A stretch of 63,484 nucleotides of DNA, the filler included, from Craspedostauros australis (taxonomy: Eukaryota): NCBI GenBank assembly GCA_030167865.1. It is 8 parts of 8 records of this genome, joined end to end, with 100 filler letters (N's around TTAATTAATTAA, not from the genome) between each part and the next. Parts side by side here need not be neighbours in the genome. Positions count along the whole stretch, not along the records: positions 1 to 5,084 come from JALAGF010001828.1; positions 5,185 to 6,589 come from JALAGF010001830.1; positions 6,690 to 10,377 come from JALAGF010001831.1; 5 more parts are not named here. One strand, 5' to 3'. Made by a program: the position numbers and the translations under genes. Below are positions 1 through 10,477 of the stretch, in pieces (within the stretch, counting starts at the first letter, position 1; every line of letters begins with the position of its first letter). The notes under the pieces were generated by a model that saw nothing but the letters and a program-made list of their open reading frames with translations, did no database searches and was not told the origin of the DNA.

Positions 1-27
1 ACAACGACAACAACGACAACAGCAAAG

Positions 28-2664
28 ATGTTCAACACCAAGGCAGCATTCGTGGCTTTCCTCGCCCTCGCCAATATGGCAACGACCAACGCCGTGCTCC
101 GAGGCAGCAGGACTCTCTTGGATCCATCCGAAGAACTTCACGGCATGATGAAGAAGACCCGCATCCTCAAGGGTGGCGTCGACGCCGCGAAGGCAGCCAA
201 AAGCAACAAGGGTTTCAACGAGGTACCTGCTATCAACGACCCAGATGACATGGAAACCTCTGCGCCAACCGCATTACCGACTGTGCCACCAACCGCCGCT
301 CCGACGACCACCGACTCCACCGGTCCCCCTACCTCATCTCCCACAGATGAAGTGACCGGACCGCCAACGGGTCCTCCAACTGAGATGCCCTCAATGCCGC
401 ATGTCACCCAACCAACCTCTTCGCCGACTTCGCAGCCGACTTCGCAGCCAACCTCCCAGCCAACTCCTCTGCGCGCCTCCATGCCATCGGTTGCTCCAGC
501 CCCCTTCGATTCCACCATCTCCGTTGTCTGCAAGCCGGATGGCACTACCTATCTCACAACAGAAGAGCAAAGCGCCAAAACCATCATATGCAACTCCGCC
601 AAGCCATCCTGCCGTGAGGCCGTGGCCGCCGTCAAGGGATCTATGGCATTGCAGAACTTCTTCGCATGCGCAGGAGATCTCGGCGAAGGGGCGGCGCGCA
701 AGCTATTCAGCAAGTACGCGTCAGATGACGTGCTCGCTGAGCAATTGACGCTCATTGCTGCCACCAAGACTGTGCTCGTCACGGAGCGACCGGGTGCGAT
801 GAAAGCGGCCTGCATGGACATCGCCACAATGCAGTCACCTTCCGTCGCCAATCCATGCTGCCAAGGATCCTCGGGATGCACCTCCGTCACTGGTTCTGCA
901 TCCGACTTTCCACCATTCATGACCGTCGCCATCACAGCATGTGTCGGCGACAGCGCATGCAAGGACATGGGACCCAATGCTCTCATCATGGACTCTTCTT
1001 GCAATGGCGCGAGCGCATGCGAGTTGATGAACGAAAACGAAATCAACCCATCCATCACAGGAGTCACCTTCGTTGGTGAGATGGCATGCACCAGCCCTAG
1101 ATCTTGCGAGGGAGTGGGGCGTCGCTCTCATGGCGATGTGATCATCCAGACCGGTGCATGCATTGGATCAGAAGCATGCAATGCAGCTGGACGCCGAGTT
1201 GTGCAGAAGGCACCATCATTTCGCTTCCGCAGCCACATCAACATCGGATCGAATGCCTGCGTTGGCAGCAACGCCTGCAAGGACGCCCACTCGACGGTGA
1301 ATCATGGCACTGCGGGAAAGACTGGAGGAAGCTTGACAATTGGGGATGGTGGTTGTCCCGCTGACCGCTCCTGCGAGAAGATGGGCTTCAACGATCTGAT
1401 GAAAACAGACATCATTGTTCCTGCTGGTGAATGTGCTGACGCTCTCAGCTGCAGGGGATGCATGACGAAGAAGGAGTGCAGCTATGATGAAGTCTACTTC
1501 ATCAGTGATGCTGGTGCGGCCTGTCCACATGGCGGAAGCGGAAGCAATTACAATCCCACCGGTGATAAGATGGAAGATTACTGCGTTGCCAAGGACACCT
1601 TGCCCACAGATTGTCCAACTTTCTTTCCAACGCCTATTCCCACCATCTCTCAAGATCCCTCAGACTCACCGTCTGAGATGCCCTCAAAGACTCCCTCTGC
1701 CATCCCATCGGATATCCCGAGCTCATCGCCGTCAGAGGGTCCGTCACGAATTCCGTCAAATGGACCATCTGAGACACCGTCCAATCCACCATCCAATCCA
1801 CCGTCCGAGATGCCGTCCAATCCACCATCCATCCCACCGTCCGATACACCGTCCGAGATGCCGTCCAATCCACCATCCAGGTCACCATCCAACCCACCGT
1901 CCGAGATACCGTCCAGTCTACCATCCAGCCCACCATCCGATTCACCGTCCAGTCTACCATCCAGGTCACCATCCAATCCACCATCCGAGATACCGTCCAA
2001 TCCACCATCCAGTCTACCATCCATCCCACCATCCAGGTCACCATCCAATCCACCATCCGAGATACCGTCCAAGCCACCATCCATCTCACCATCCAGGTCA
2101 CCATCCAATTCTCCGTCTGGCGTACCATCATCAATGCCAACAACCCTACCTGCACTGAAGGTTGGCTGTCTTGCAACTCCTGGAGATGCGGATTCAACGT
2201 TCCATGAAGTTCCTGGAATGGTCACATGTCCGACTATTCAAGGTCCGTGCGCAGACTTTGTTGCTGCAGTTGAGGCCTTGGATCCAAAAGCAAGCCTCAT
2301 GCTCAGGAGCATCTTCGGGTGCAATGGTGGTCCCTCTCCTGGGACTACTGATCTCGAGTCTGCTCAGGACGGCTTCATCGAAATCGCGAGTAACTCATTT
2401 TTTTCTGCTATAGCGTTGGCAACAGTGGCCAACGGTGGGCTCCTGTTCTCAGGCAGCGCAAGTGAGGTGAGAGAAGCATGCAATGATAGATGCTGCACAT
2501 ATCCAGGTTATTGTACGACCTCACCAAGCGATGGTTTGATATTTGTGACCGAAGGGGCCTGCAATGCCAGGCAGTCAGGTTGTTCCAATGCCAACCCATC
2601 CTCCATCCATTTTTCATCTGAAGTATTCCAGCTTGCCATGAAAAACTTAAACGAAGTGAGGTAA
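28..2664 (+). CDS. Secreted mucin-like/cell-surface protein with Pro/Thr- and Pro/Ser-rich repeats and Cys-rich (xxAC/GxxxC) repeats
   Basis: 878-aa ORF. It has an N-terminal hydrophobic signal (AAFVAFLALANMA), RXL motifs (RTL, RIL), a PT-rich block, repeated 'ACxGxxAC' units and a long PSxxPS block. The 3' end may be truncated or spliced (gtgagg/gtaaat near 2655-2666). Confidence 0.75.
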   Translation: MFNTKAAFVAFLALANMATTNAVLRGSRTLLDPSEELHGMMKKTRILKGGVDAAKAAKSNKGFNEVPAINDPDDMETSAPTALPTVPPTAAPTTTDSTGPPTSSPTDEVTGPPTGPPTEMPSMPHVTQPTSSPTSQPTSQPTSQPTPLRASMPSVAPAPFDSTISVVCKPDGTTYLTTEEQSAKTIICNSAKPSCREAVAAVKGSMALQNFFACAGDLGEGAARKLFSKYASDDVLAEQLTLIAATKTVLVTERPGAMKAACMDIATMQSPSVANPCCQGSSGCTSVTGSASDFPPFMTVAITACVGDSACKDMGPNALIMDSSCNGASACELMNENEINPSITGVTFVGEMACTSPRSCEGVGRRSHGDVIIQTGACIGSEACNAAGRRVVQKAPSFRFRSHINIGSNACVGSNACKDAHSTVNHGTAGKTGGSLTIGDGGCPADRSCEKMGFNDLMKTDIIVPAGECADALSCRGCMTKKECSYDEVYFISDAGAACPHGGSGSNYNPTGDKMEDYCVAKDTLPTDCPTFFPTPIPTISQDPSDSPSEMPSKTPSAIPSDIPSSSPSEGPSRIPSNGPSETPSNPPSNPPSEMPSNPPSIPPSDTPSEMPSNPPSRSPSNPPSEIPSSLPSSPPSDSPSSLPSRSPSNPPSEIPSNPPSSLPSIPPSRSPSNPPSEIPSKPPSISPSRSPSNSPSGVPSSMPTTLPALKVGCLATPGDADSTFHEVPGMVTCPTIQGPCADFVAAVEALDPKASLMLRSIFGCNGGPSPGTTDLESAQDGFIEIASNSFFSAIALATVANGGLLFSGSASEVREACNDRCCTYPGYCTTSPSDGLIFVTEGACNARQSGCSNANPSSIHFSSEVFQLAMKNLNEVR
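1660..2140 (+). repeat. Coding minisatellite, 12-nt units (ccRtccNNNNNN) encoding PSxx repeats
   Basis: Visible tandem ccatcc/ccgtcc periodicity; translates to PSNP/PSEM/PSRS/PSSL units. Confidence 0.9.
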
Positions 2665-3403
2665 ATCTACTCAGAATACGCACAACTTCATTTGTCGTAC
2701 AATCTCGTTACTCGTTCATGTCGACTTTCCCCGATCGTCCTCGGTAAGGGCCAGCTCGTTGATTCTCGTGGACAGTGTCGGACGTACGAATACTGGTATG
2801 TTGTCCTGTTCAACGCTGACTCGCTTGCCTGTTGTACAAAGTAGAGCATGGTTGGCTTGAGCTACTCTCGGTGTATTGCGGTTGTTGCGACTAAAGCTGC
2901 TTCTCAACCGCTTCTCCCTCCATTCAGTGCATAGGATGAGATGGCATCACCGTCCATGGTGTGCTTCTCACCCATGGCGTGCTTCTCGCCCGTGGCGCAG
3001 CATCTTTGGACCTGGAGGGTGTTGTTCAGATCCTGTGCTCCTTCTCTTTCACCTTTCGCGTCCTGGACGGAACGTCATTTGCGTGCGGTTGGACAAAACA
3101 AGAAAATCGAAGCACGGTCAGAAGGGGGTTGTGAGCGACATCGCCGTCCTATCGCTGCTATCGTCGTCGCTGCCGTCCAATCTACTGGCGGTTGGACCGT
3201 ATTCGCCATGCACCATTTGCCATTTGTTCCATTCACTTGTATGGTATGACGATTGAGCAATGCGACGGGATGGGGATGGGGATGGGGTTGATCCTTTGAT
3301 GCTGCACAAGCAGGACGGAGCCCGATCTGCTTCCACCTGTTGGGTAAGGCATGGACAATCGCATGACAAGCGCAAGCGGAGAGGATCCGTAGACGGCAAT
3401 AAC

Positions 3404-3452
3404 GACCACGACGACGACCACGACGACGACCACGACGACGACCACGACGACG
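3404..3452 (+). repeat. 12-bp tandem repeat (gaccacgacgac) x4
   Basis: Directly visible. Confidence 0.8.
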
Positions 3453-3609
3453 AGAAAAGCAACAGTGATGACACCGGTGCCGTCGAATAGGTCGGCAACC
3501 TTTTGGACCAATGCGATCGTCTTTACCACGACCTGCTTTCCTGTATTGCGGTCAAGCTGGTGCGTGTGGCTGCAAAGAGATGCGAATCTAAACGATACAA
3601 ATCTGAATG

Positions 3610-5084
3610 TTAGTTTATGTCCTCTAAGTCACCACGAAGATCATTGAAACATCCCTCGTCTCCAATCATGTCGCAACAGATCACAGTGTTGCAACAGACA
3701 TTGTAGCAGATGTTGCAGCAATCACACGCAATAGCTGGCAGCTCACTGCCGTGCGAAGGTAGACATTGAGCTGAGTATTCACCGATAGTCCGTTTCTGCG
3801 TTGGATCCGTTGCATTGCAAAGGATCGAATTGAGATTGCCGGTGACAGTGACATTCACCATGGTGACGAGTTTCAGATCGAGATTTGCGGAGAGTTGATT
3901 GAGTTCAGTTGGGATGGTGCCAACAAAGCCGTTGTGGCTCAGTTGGAGCCTTCGGAGGCCGCTGAGCTTCCCAAGTTCCGAAGGAATCTCCCCAGTCATG
4001 ACAGCCAATTCTGCAACGGTCCGGAGAGCTGTGGTGTTGGTGTTGGTTTTGGCGATGATTTTGAAGAATGCGAAATAGAAGGAAGAAGTTGTGCTTTGTA
4101 AGTTGCAAGCTATCATACCACGCACACGAGTTCCACTCTACTATTCAATACTGAGTCAGCCGCAAGTAGAGCCTGGTAGGAATCCAGCGAATGTACATAT
4201 TTTTGCAACTTACCAAGATCTAGTCGACCCAACTTTGTGAGTTGTCCTATTTCTGATATCAACGGTCCTTTGATGCTGTTCCCGGCTATGCAACAACGAA
4301 TGGATGTGCGAACAACGTGTGAGGATGCAGTCTGAGCACAAGCCAATATGTACGGGCACGTTGGATTGGATCGCTTCGTTGGCATGTGAGTGTTGTTTTC
4401 TTCCTTTCTTTCTTTCAAAGCTGTTCGTCTCCCCTGAATCACAACGCCGCGACGAATGCAAGTGCACTCACAAAATTGATATTATAATACGTCCCATATC
4501 AATGAGCACCCCGATCTCGGTCAACATCCTATTCTTCAGTCCATTATTGACTGAAGGGTCGAAGTTCAACACACACAGAGACAGGCAGTAGAGTCATGTG
4601 GAAGTATGGTTCGCAGGTGCAATCACGATCAAGGGATGGTGGGGAGTTATGTGCAGCAAGGGTGGAGCGAATTGCCAGACGAGGGAGACGATGTGGTGAG
4701 GCAGAGTAGGCTGTTGCGCAAATCATCAAGTATGTAGCTCTGTGCAATCAGCGCCATCATACAAACCATACATATGTGTAATCGTAAGCTGTTTTTTCAC
4801 AGTATGTACCAATGGATCACTCACGTGCGTTGATTTGATCCAAGTTGGCGGCATTATCATTTGTGCAACTGATTCCCAACCAAACAAAGGTCTCCAGTCC
4901 AGTCAACCAATCCTTGTTGAAGACCCAATTTGGTCCATCGTGCTGATAGTATAGAGCGATCATGATGTACCGATGCACCGATGTACCGCTCCAGCAACTG
5001 TTGTGCGGGGAGGGTTGGAAAGTTCAGCTTGGCGGGATCATCTTGGACCAACCACCACAGTGCACGATTGTACGGCGATTGGGG
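3610..5084 (-). pseudogene. Diatom-type multi-exon leucine-rich-repeat (L-domain) gene, 5'-truncated by the contig end and frameshifted
   Basis: Pieces read SPYNRALWWLVQDD..LLERY, then IMIALYYQHDGPNW..DWL..W.GISC in a shifted frame. A 72-nt AG/GT-bounded LRR exon lies at 4214-4285 (NSIKGPLISEIGQLTKLGRLDL). The last exon, ~3610-4010, reads TGEIPSELGKLSGLRRLQLSHNGFVGTIPTEL...IACDCCNIC. The frameshift is at 4965-4988. Confidence 0.75.
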
Positions 5085-5184
5085 NNNNNNNNNNNNNNNN
5101 NNNNNNNNNNNNNNNNNNNNNNNNNNNNTTAATTAATTAANNNNNNNNNNNNNNNNNNNNNNNNNNNNNNNNNNNNNNNNNNNN
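5085..5184. other. Artificial contig-joining spacer (44N-TTAATTAATTAA-44N)
   Basis: The same 100-bp structure, with stops in all six frames, recurs seven times. Confidence 0.98.
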
Positions 5185-6589
5185 CATGCTCAACGGAGCA
5201 CAGCTCGACGAAGAGTATAGGCATGGCCTGTGGGCAGCAGCTGCAAGCACTGCCACCGCCATCGCCAATATCACCGTAGCGAAGAATCAAAAGGAGTCAC
5301 CACATCGACAATTCTTCGGCAACGATCCACCATATGCGGATGCACTCCGCACTTTCGGAGANNNNNNNNNNNNNNNNNNNNNNNNNNNNNNNNNNNNNNN
5401 NNNNNNNNNNNNNNNNNNNNNNNNNNNNNNNNNNNNNNNNNNNNNNNNNNNNNNNGCATCAGGGGTCTACAACATGTACAGACCATCGACCAAGTCACTC
5501 ATCTGCTCACGCGACATCAAGTGGCTCAACCAATCATACGGACAGTTCCGTGGCTGGGCGCCAGCATCGAACGTATCCAACGAAAGAGGAACAACGGACG
5601 GAGACGGCTTCACAACCATCGGACGGAAGGGAGCAATGCCAAGGACGGCAACGCATCAAGCATCGAAAGCGAAGAGAGTATCTTTCGCTGACAGCAACAT
5701 GTACTATATCCTATCAGACAGCGACGATGAGGATAATGAGGACGATGGAGTAGTAACTCAACCAGTCCATGACGACGAGGAAGATCGGAGCGAATCCAAT
5801 CATGAGGATGATGAGATCACATCATCCGGCGACGAAGCCGACGATGACACAGGCGTCACTCCTCCGAACACACCAGCGAGGTCTACACATGGCACACCAT
5901 CCAGACCTCCACCAAGCAAGCCAAGCAAGCGTGACATAGCTAGAAAGGAGAGGATCCGACGTCACGAAGCACGAGGCAGGAAGGGAGAAGCTAATCCCAA
6001 GTCAACCACAGGGAAGAGGGTTCCCAGAGCTCTGCGTGAGCTCGCAGACTTCAACGAACGAGGTCGAAAGGAAGAAGGCTATGAGAGCGATCCATCATCC
6101 GATGAGGCAAGTGACGAACTCAGCGATGAGATGATCGATGATTCCAACAACGAAACTACAGATGACGAAGAAATCATGGATGAAGGAGAAATCGAGATCA
6201 CTCACCATAGCACAACAGGACTATACGGGATGAACGCAATTATCACCGACGCATCAACGATCGACATCGGACTGTCGATGCAGGACGAGAACAAGGAACC
6301 AGAGAAGCACATCGAACCTACAACATTCGATGGAGCCTTCAATCATCCAGACCCTATCCATCGAAAGGGATATCGAGCAGCCATCAAGAAGGAGTTCAAC
6401 TCCATGGACACACGCAAAGTGTACAGCAAGATCAAACGAGACGCCATCCCACGCGGTCGCAGATGCTGCAAGTGCAAATGGGTCTTCAAGCTGAAGCGTG
6501 ACGGTACACATCGAGCACGGCTCGTTGCATGTGGCTATTCACAAGTCGCAGGAGTAGACTTCCAAGAGCACTACTCACCCGTCATCCAT
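5185..6589 (+). mobile_element. Ty1/Copia (CoDi-like) LTR retrotransposon pol fragment: integrase C-terminus, acidic linker and start of RT
   Basis: LWAAAASTATAIAN (integrase end), SRDIKW, EPTTF..A......YRAAIKKEFNSM, KCKWVFKLKRDGTHRARLVACGYSQVAGVDFQEHYSPV (RVT_2 start). The integrase-before-RT order indicates Copia. Internal N gap at 5362-5455. Confidence 0.93.
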
Positions 6590-6689
6590 NNNNNNNNNNN
6601 NNNNNNNNNNNNNNNNNNNNNNNNNNNNNNNNNTTAATTAATTAANNNNNNNNNNNNNNNNNNNNNNNNNNNNNNNNNNNNNNNNNNNN
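6590..6689. other. Artificial contig-joining spacer
   Basis: 44N-TTAATTAATTAA-44N. Confidence 0.98.
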
Positions 6690-9152
6690 ATTATTGTCAG
6701 TGGTGGTGTCATTGGCAGCAGCATGTGTCACACGAGTGATGTCAGGAATATCAATTGTGATGGTTGGAGTGTCATTGGTGGCAGAAGCAATGTCATTTGT
6801 TTGAGTGATCTTCTTCCTGAGCTTGTGCTTGTTGGTACATGTTCTGGTTGGTTGGAATTGTTTGGTTGTTGTCTTCTTCTTGTTGGGGTGTGAGCGTGAA
6901 TTGAGCTGAGTGCAGTGGGTCATCACACTCCATCTGCATGTGAGAGGCAGTGAATTCCCATTTGACGAAGACAACAAGAAGCTCCAATGAGTACAACAGA
7001 GACTCAGCTGTGCGCAGATGTTGGGAAATCACGTCGTTCTCGTCCTCAGCATCGTTTGTTGTGGGATACTTAGCCTTCAAAAGTGTGACGAGGCGCGAGA
7101 TCGTGCGTTTGAGAGTTAGCATTGCCAACAAAAAGTGGCTTTCGAAGGGAGACAGCCCTGTGTTCACTTTGCCATGTCGTGTTAGTAGCTTTGTCATCTC
7201 TTTGAATGCTGGTTCGCCCACTGGGTTGGTGGTGGTAGTCTTGTACATGTCGAATAGCGCCTTGTTGCTTTTGCCTCCACGATCGAAGACTGGAACTTTC
7301 TTGAATACGACTCCTTCCCGCTCCACTGCGTGGCACAAGCCAGCCTTGTACGTGGTTGTAGTGCAGAGAAACGACACCACACCAAACAAAGCACACGTAG
7401 TCACACGGTATTGGAGAATTTTGGGCGGATTGGTTTCCCCATCACTCAACATGTCGTAGTAGCGCTGCAATGTCTTCTGTTGGCTTTTAGTGATGGTTTG
7501 TCGATTGCTATATACATGCAGGCGTTCTTCCTCTGGCAATCCCTTGACGTATTCAGTGAGAATATCTGTGCATGCTTTTGGAGATGCAGACTCTGCGAGA
7601 ACGGCTCTCGCGCAGAGGTGCATCAGTTTGCTCCCTCCAACACATATGCGGTACAAATTTGGTGCAAGCGTCAGTGGTGGCAGTGCTTGTCCAGCCCGGA
7701 CAAAATGGACCACCTCATGCATCTGGCCAGTTGGTGTCGCTTCTTTTGGGAGCAACACATCCCAGAGCGCAGAAGCAATTGGTGCCTACATCCGTTTGAT
7801 GTTGCACCAGACTTGCTTGTTGTGCTTTCCACCAAGTGTGAAGCCTGTCTTTGGCATGGAGTTGAACGCTTTTGAAGGTAGCCCAGACTTAACCAACCCT
7901 GCAACGTGGACCAACGCATCGCGACGCCATCCTCTCACCGTTTTGTTGATGATTCTGTTGCGTCCTGTTCGCTTCCTCCTGCGATCACGGCCATCCACAT
8001 AGTCGTCGTTGCTGTCAACATCAACATGCTTGGAAGCGCCTCCAGCGACAGCGTTTGCGTGTCGTGCAGTGCTTGCGCGGGTAGTTGGTTTGGCAGGAGA
8101 CTCAATGGGAGGTGGCACGTTCACACTGATGTCTACCACTGTGATAGCACCGACACCTTGTCCAACCGTACGCAGTGTGACCGTTGGTGTATCAAAAATG
8201 ACACCAGCTGCACTGGACAGGCGCACGTTGACGCGCAGGTTAGCGGCATCGACATGCGCCAATGTTGGCACAAGGTTGCTGTCCACTGGAAGCATCGGCT
8301 TCACCTCGATCGCGTGAGTGATGTTGGTGGGCTTCCGCAATCCAGCAGACAGCTTGTCAGGCAACAGCTGCTCACGATTAGGTGCCAAGTTGCCATCCGA
8401 ATCAAAAGTAGAATCGAGAGGGGCAGCACAGGAACGAGGCTTCTTGCGAGGACATAGGTTTTCGCCCTTGATTGTTGCTTTGCTGGCGATGGAGGACATG
8501 GTGTTGATGGTAGCAGAGTAGCTTGATTGATTGATTGATTGATTGATCGATGAATGGCACTGTAGAACGCTGAATGAAAGCGGGTGGAGGAGGTGATGCT
8601 GATGGAGGTGTTGGGTGAAGCAGCGAAAACAACAACCGCCAATGTCACTAGTACTCTCACTACTCACACTACAACCGCAGCATAACAGATACAATGAGCA
8701 TCGCATCGGCGGAGGCACCTTTGGAATGAAGCAAAAATGTGACGGGGGTTTTGTGTCTGCGTGGCAACGATGTGTGCGTGCGCATGTGGTGATGATGTGT
8801 GTGATGTCCACAAACGCAAAATGTCAATCGATTCCAGAGCGGCAAACGTTGTTTAACGTGTTCCAAACGAGCAAGGCGGAAGGAAAAAGCTGGAGACACC
8901 AACGTGAATGGGCACAAATCGTTATTAACTCGGAACACCAAAGAACTTTCGGCAACACTAGATTGTGGAAGGCTACGTTTGACCCCTACGACTCCAAATA
9001 TTTGATGGTGCATAAAACTTAAAATATGGACTTTAAGATTCTGGATATTTCCTGTTGCTATGAAGACTATAATGAGTAGGTTGGTATGCTTAGTTCTGTT
9101 GTAATCGAAGAAAAATTGCCACTCTACTGTACAAACGGTTAGTCGACTCACT
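6690..9152 (-). mobile_element. Degenerate putative DNA transposon: terminus near 9152 plus a pseudogenised transposase-like ORF
   Basis: The terminal ~140 bp (9011-9152) is homologous to 16299-16442 on another contig. It contains a long ORF broken by stops, and the sequence looks CpG-poor. Confidence 0.5.
6793..8499 (-). pseudogene. Transposase-like ORF with a single in-frame TAG (7786-7788) and further TGA stops downstream
   Basis: ORFs 7786-8811 and 6793-7758 share one frame and read KRM*APIASALWDVLLPK. The likely start is MSSIASK at 8499. Confidence 0.55.
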
Positions 9153-10377
9153 CACATGGGTCCTACACAGACACCATCATCTCCTTTGCTTCTACTCGGC
9201 AGGCTGTGCTCTGGCGTTGTATGGCCCGACGTGAAATGTGATACCTCCACAATAAATGATGGCTTGCGAACGAGGCAGCAGCAGGTAGAGCGTATCAGAA
9301 ACTCTTTTTCCCACAAAGATCTGATCCGAGTTCCGACCATCTTCGTCTTCCGTTCCAGATGATTTGGCGTAGGGACCAACTCAGAGTTGTATCTACCACC
9401 TCGACTTTGCTCACAAGGGTAAGCCCTGTCCTGAAGCCCATTCGCAGCCAAGGTGTCGCACTTGCGCATCGAATGCCTTCACAAATACCGAGGGAACAGA
9501 ATGCTCCATGTGCACCCAGGTTCTCCGATACGAGGGGGACAAGACAGGGAAGAGAGGGTATCCAAGGCGGTGAAAGTGCTCCTTCAGCTTGATCGGAGAG
9601 GTCGGAGTGGAACACAGAGACGGAGACAGAGACAGAGAAGAAGACGAAGACGATGACGAAGGGAAAGAGCTAACTAAGTGGTGCCACCCCACTATCACAA
9701 CGCCGATCGCGAGACTGTGTCAGATGAACCAAAGGTTTTCTTGATGACGTTGGTGTCCAAAGAAAGAGAGAGGGAGGGAGAGAGAGAGTGTGTGTGTCAC
9801 GCCGCGAACTGAGCCAGGCAAGAGTCATGTTTGGCCTTGCGGAGAGCTCACACATGCGATGCTGGATGCCTTTGACGCAGGCCCAGTCAGCTCCTACGGA
9901 ACTCAGAACGAAGTCTCTTTTGGTGAAGCAGACCCTTGCACCATGGACAATCGAGGGTGAACCATACATCCTGCCGTGCGCAAATCGCAGTGTGACTGAC
10001 TGACCACTGTCGCGGCAGTTTCTCACGGAACAGCACCCAATCCGCACTTTGTGATCGGCGGCTTTGGTCAACGTATTCAACTCTGATGGACCTCTCCCTT
10101 GGATCATGTCCGCTCACGATCGATCCATCCCAAGTCCATAATGATTGCAAACACTTGCTTCCCAAGAGCGTGATGGTTTCGTATCATCGAACCAGCTTCA
10201 TGTTTGAAGCACCAATTACAAGCGAATAGAGCGATTGAGGACGCGCCGGTGTTTCCAATTAAACAGTCCCAACAAGCCTTGATTGCTGCTGTTGTTCTTC
10301 GTTCGGAATAGTCCATTGTTCTCGATCCACTTTGGGCTCGTCTGCGATTCCATTCCATTCTGCTTCTGTCCCATCAC

Positions 10378-10477
10378 NNNNNNNNNNNNNNNNNNNNNNN
10401 NNNNNNNNNNNNNNNNNNNNNTTAATTAATTAANNNNNNNNNNNNNNNNNNNNNNNNNNNNNNNNNNNNNNNNNNNN
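10378..10477. other. Artificial contig-joining spacer
   Basis: 44N-TTAATTAATTAA-44N. Confidence 0.98.

Noticed and set aside
1484..2225. Alternative-frame ORFs with HHP, DGGL or WMV repeats
   Set aside because: They are shadows of the PSxx coding minisatellite.
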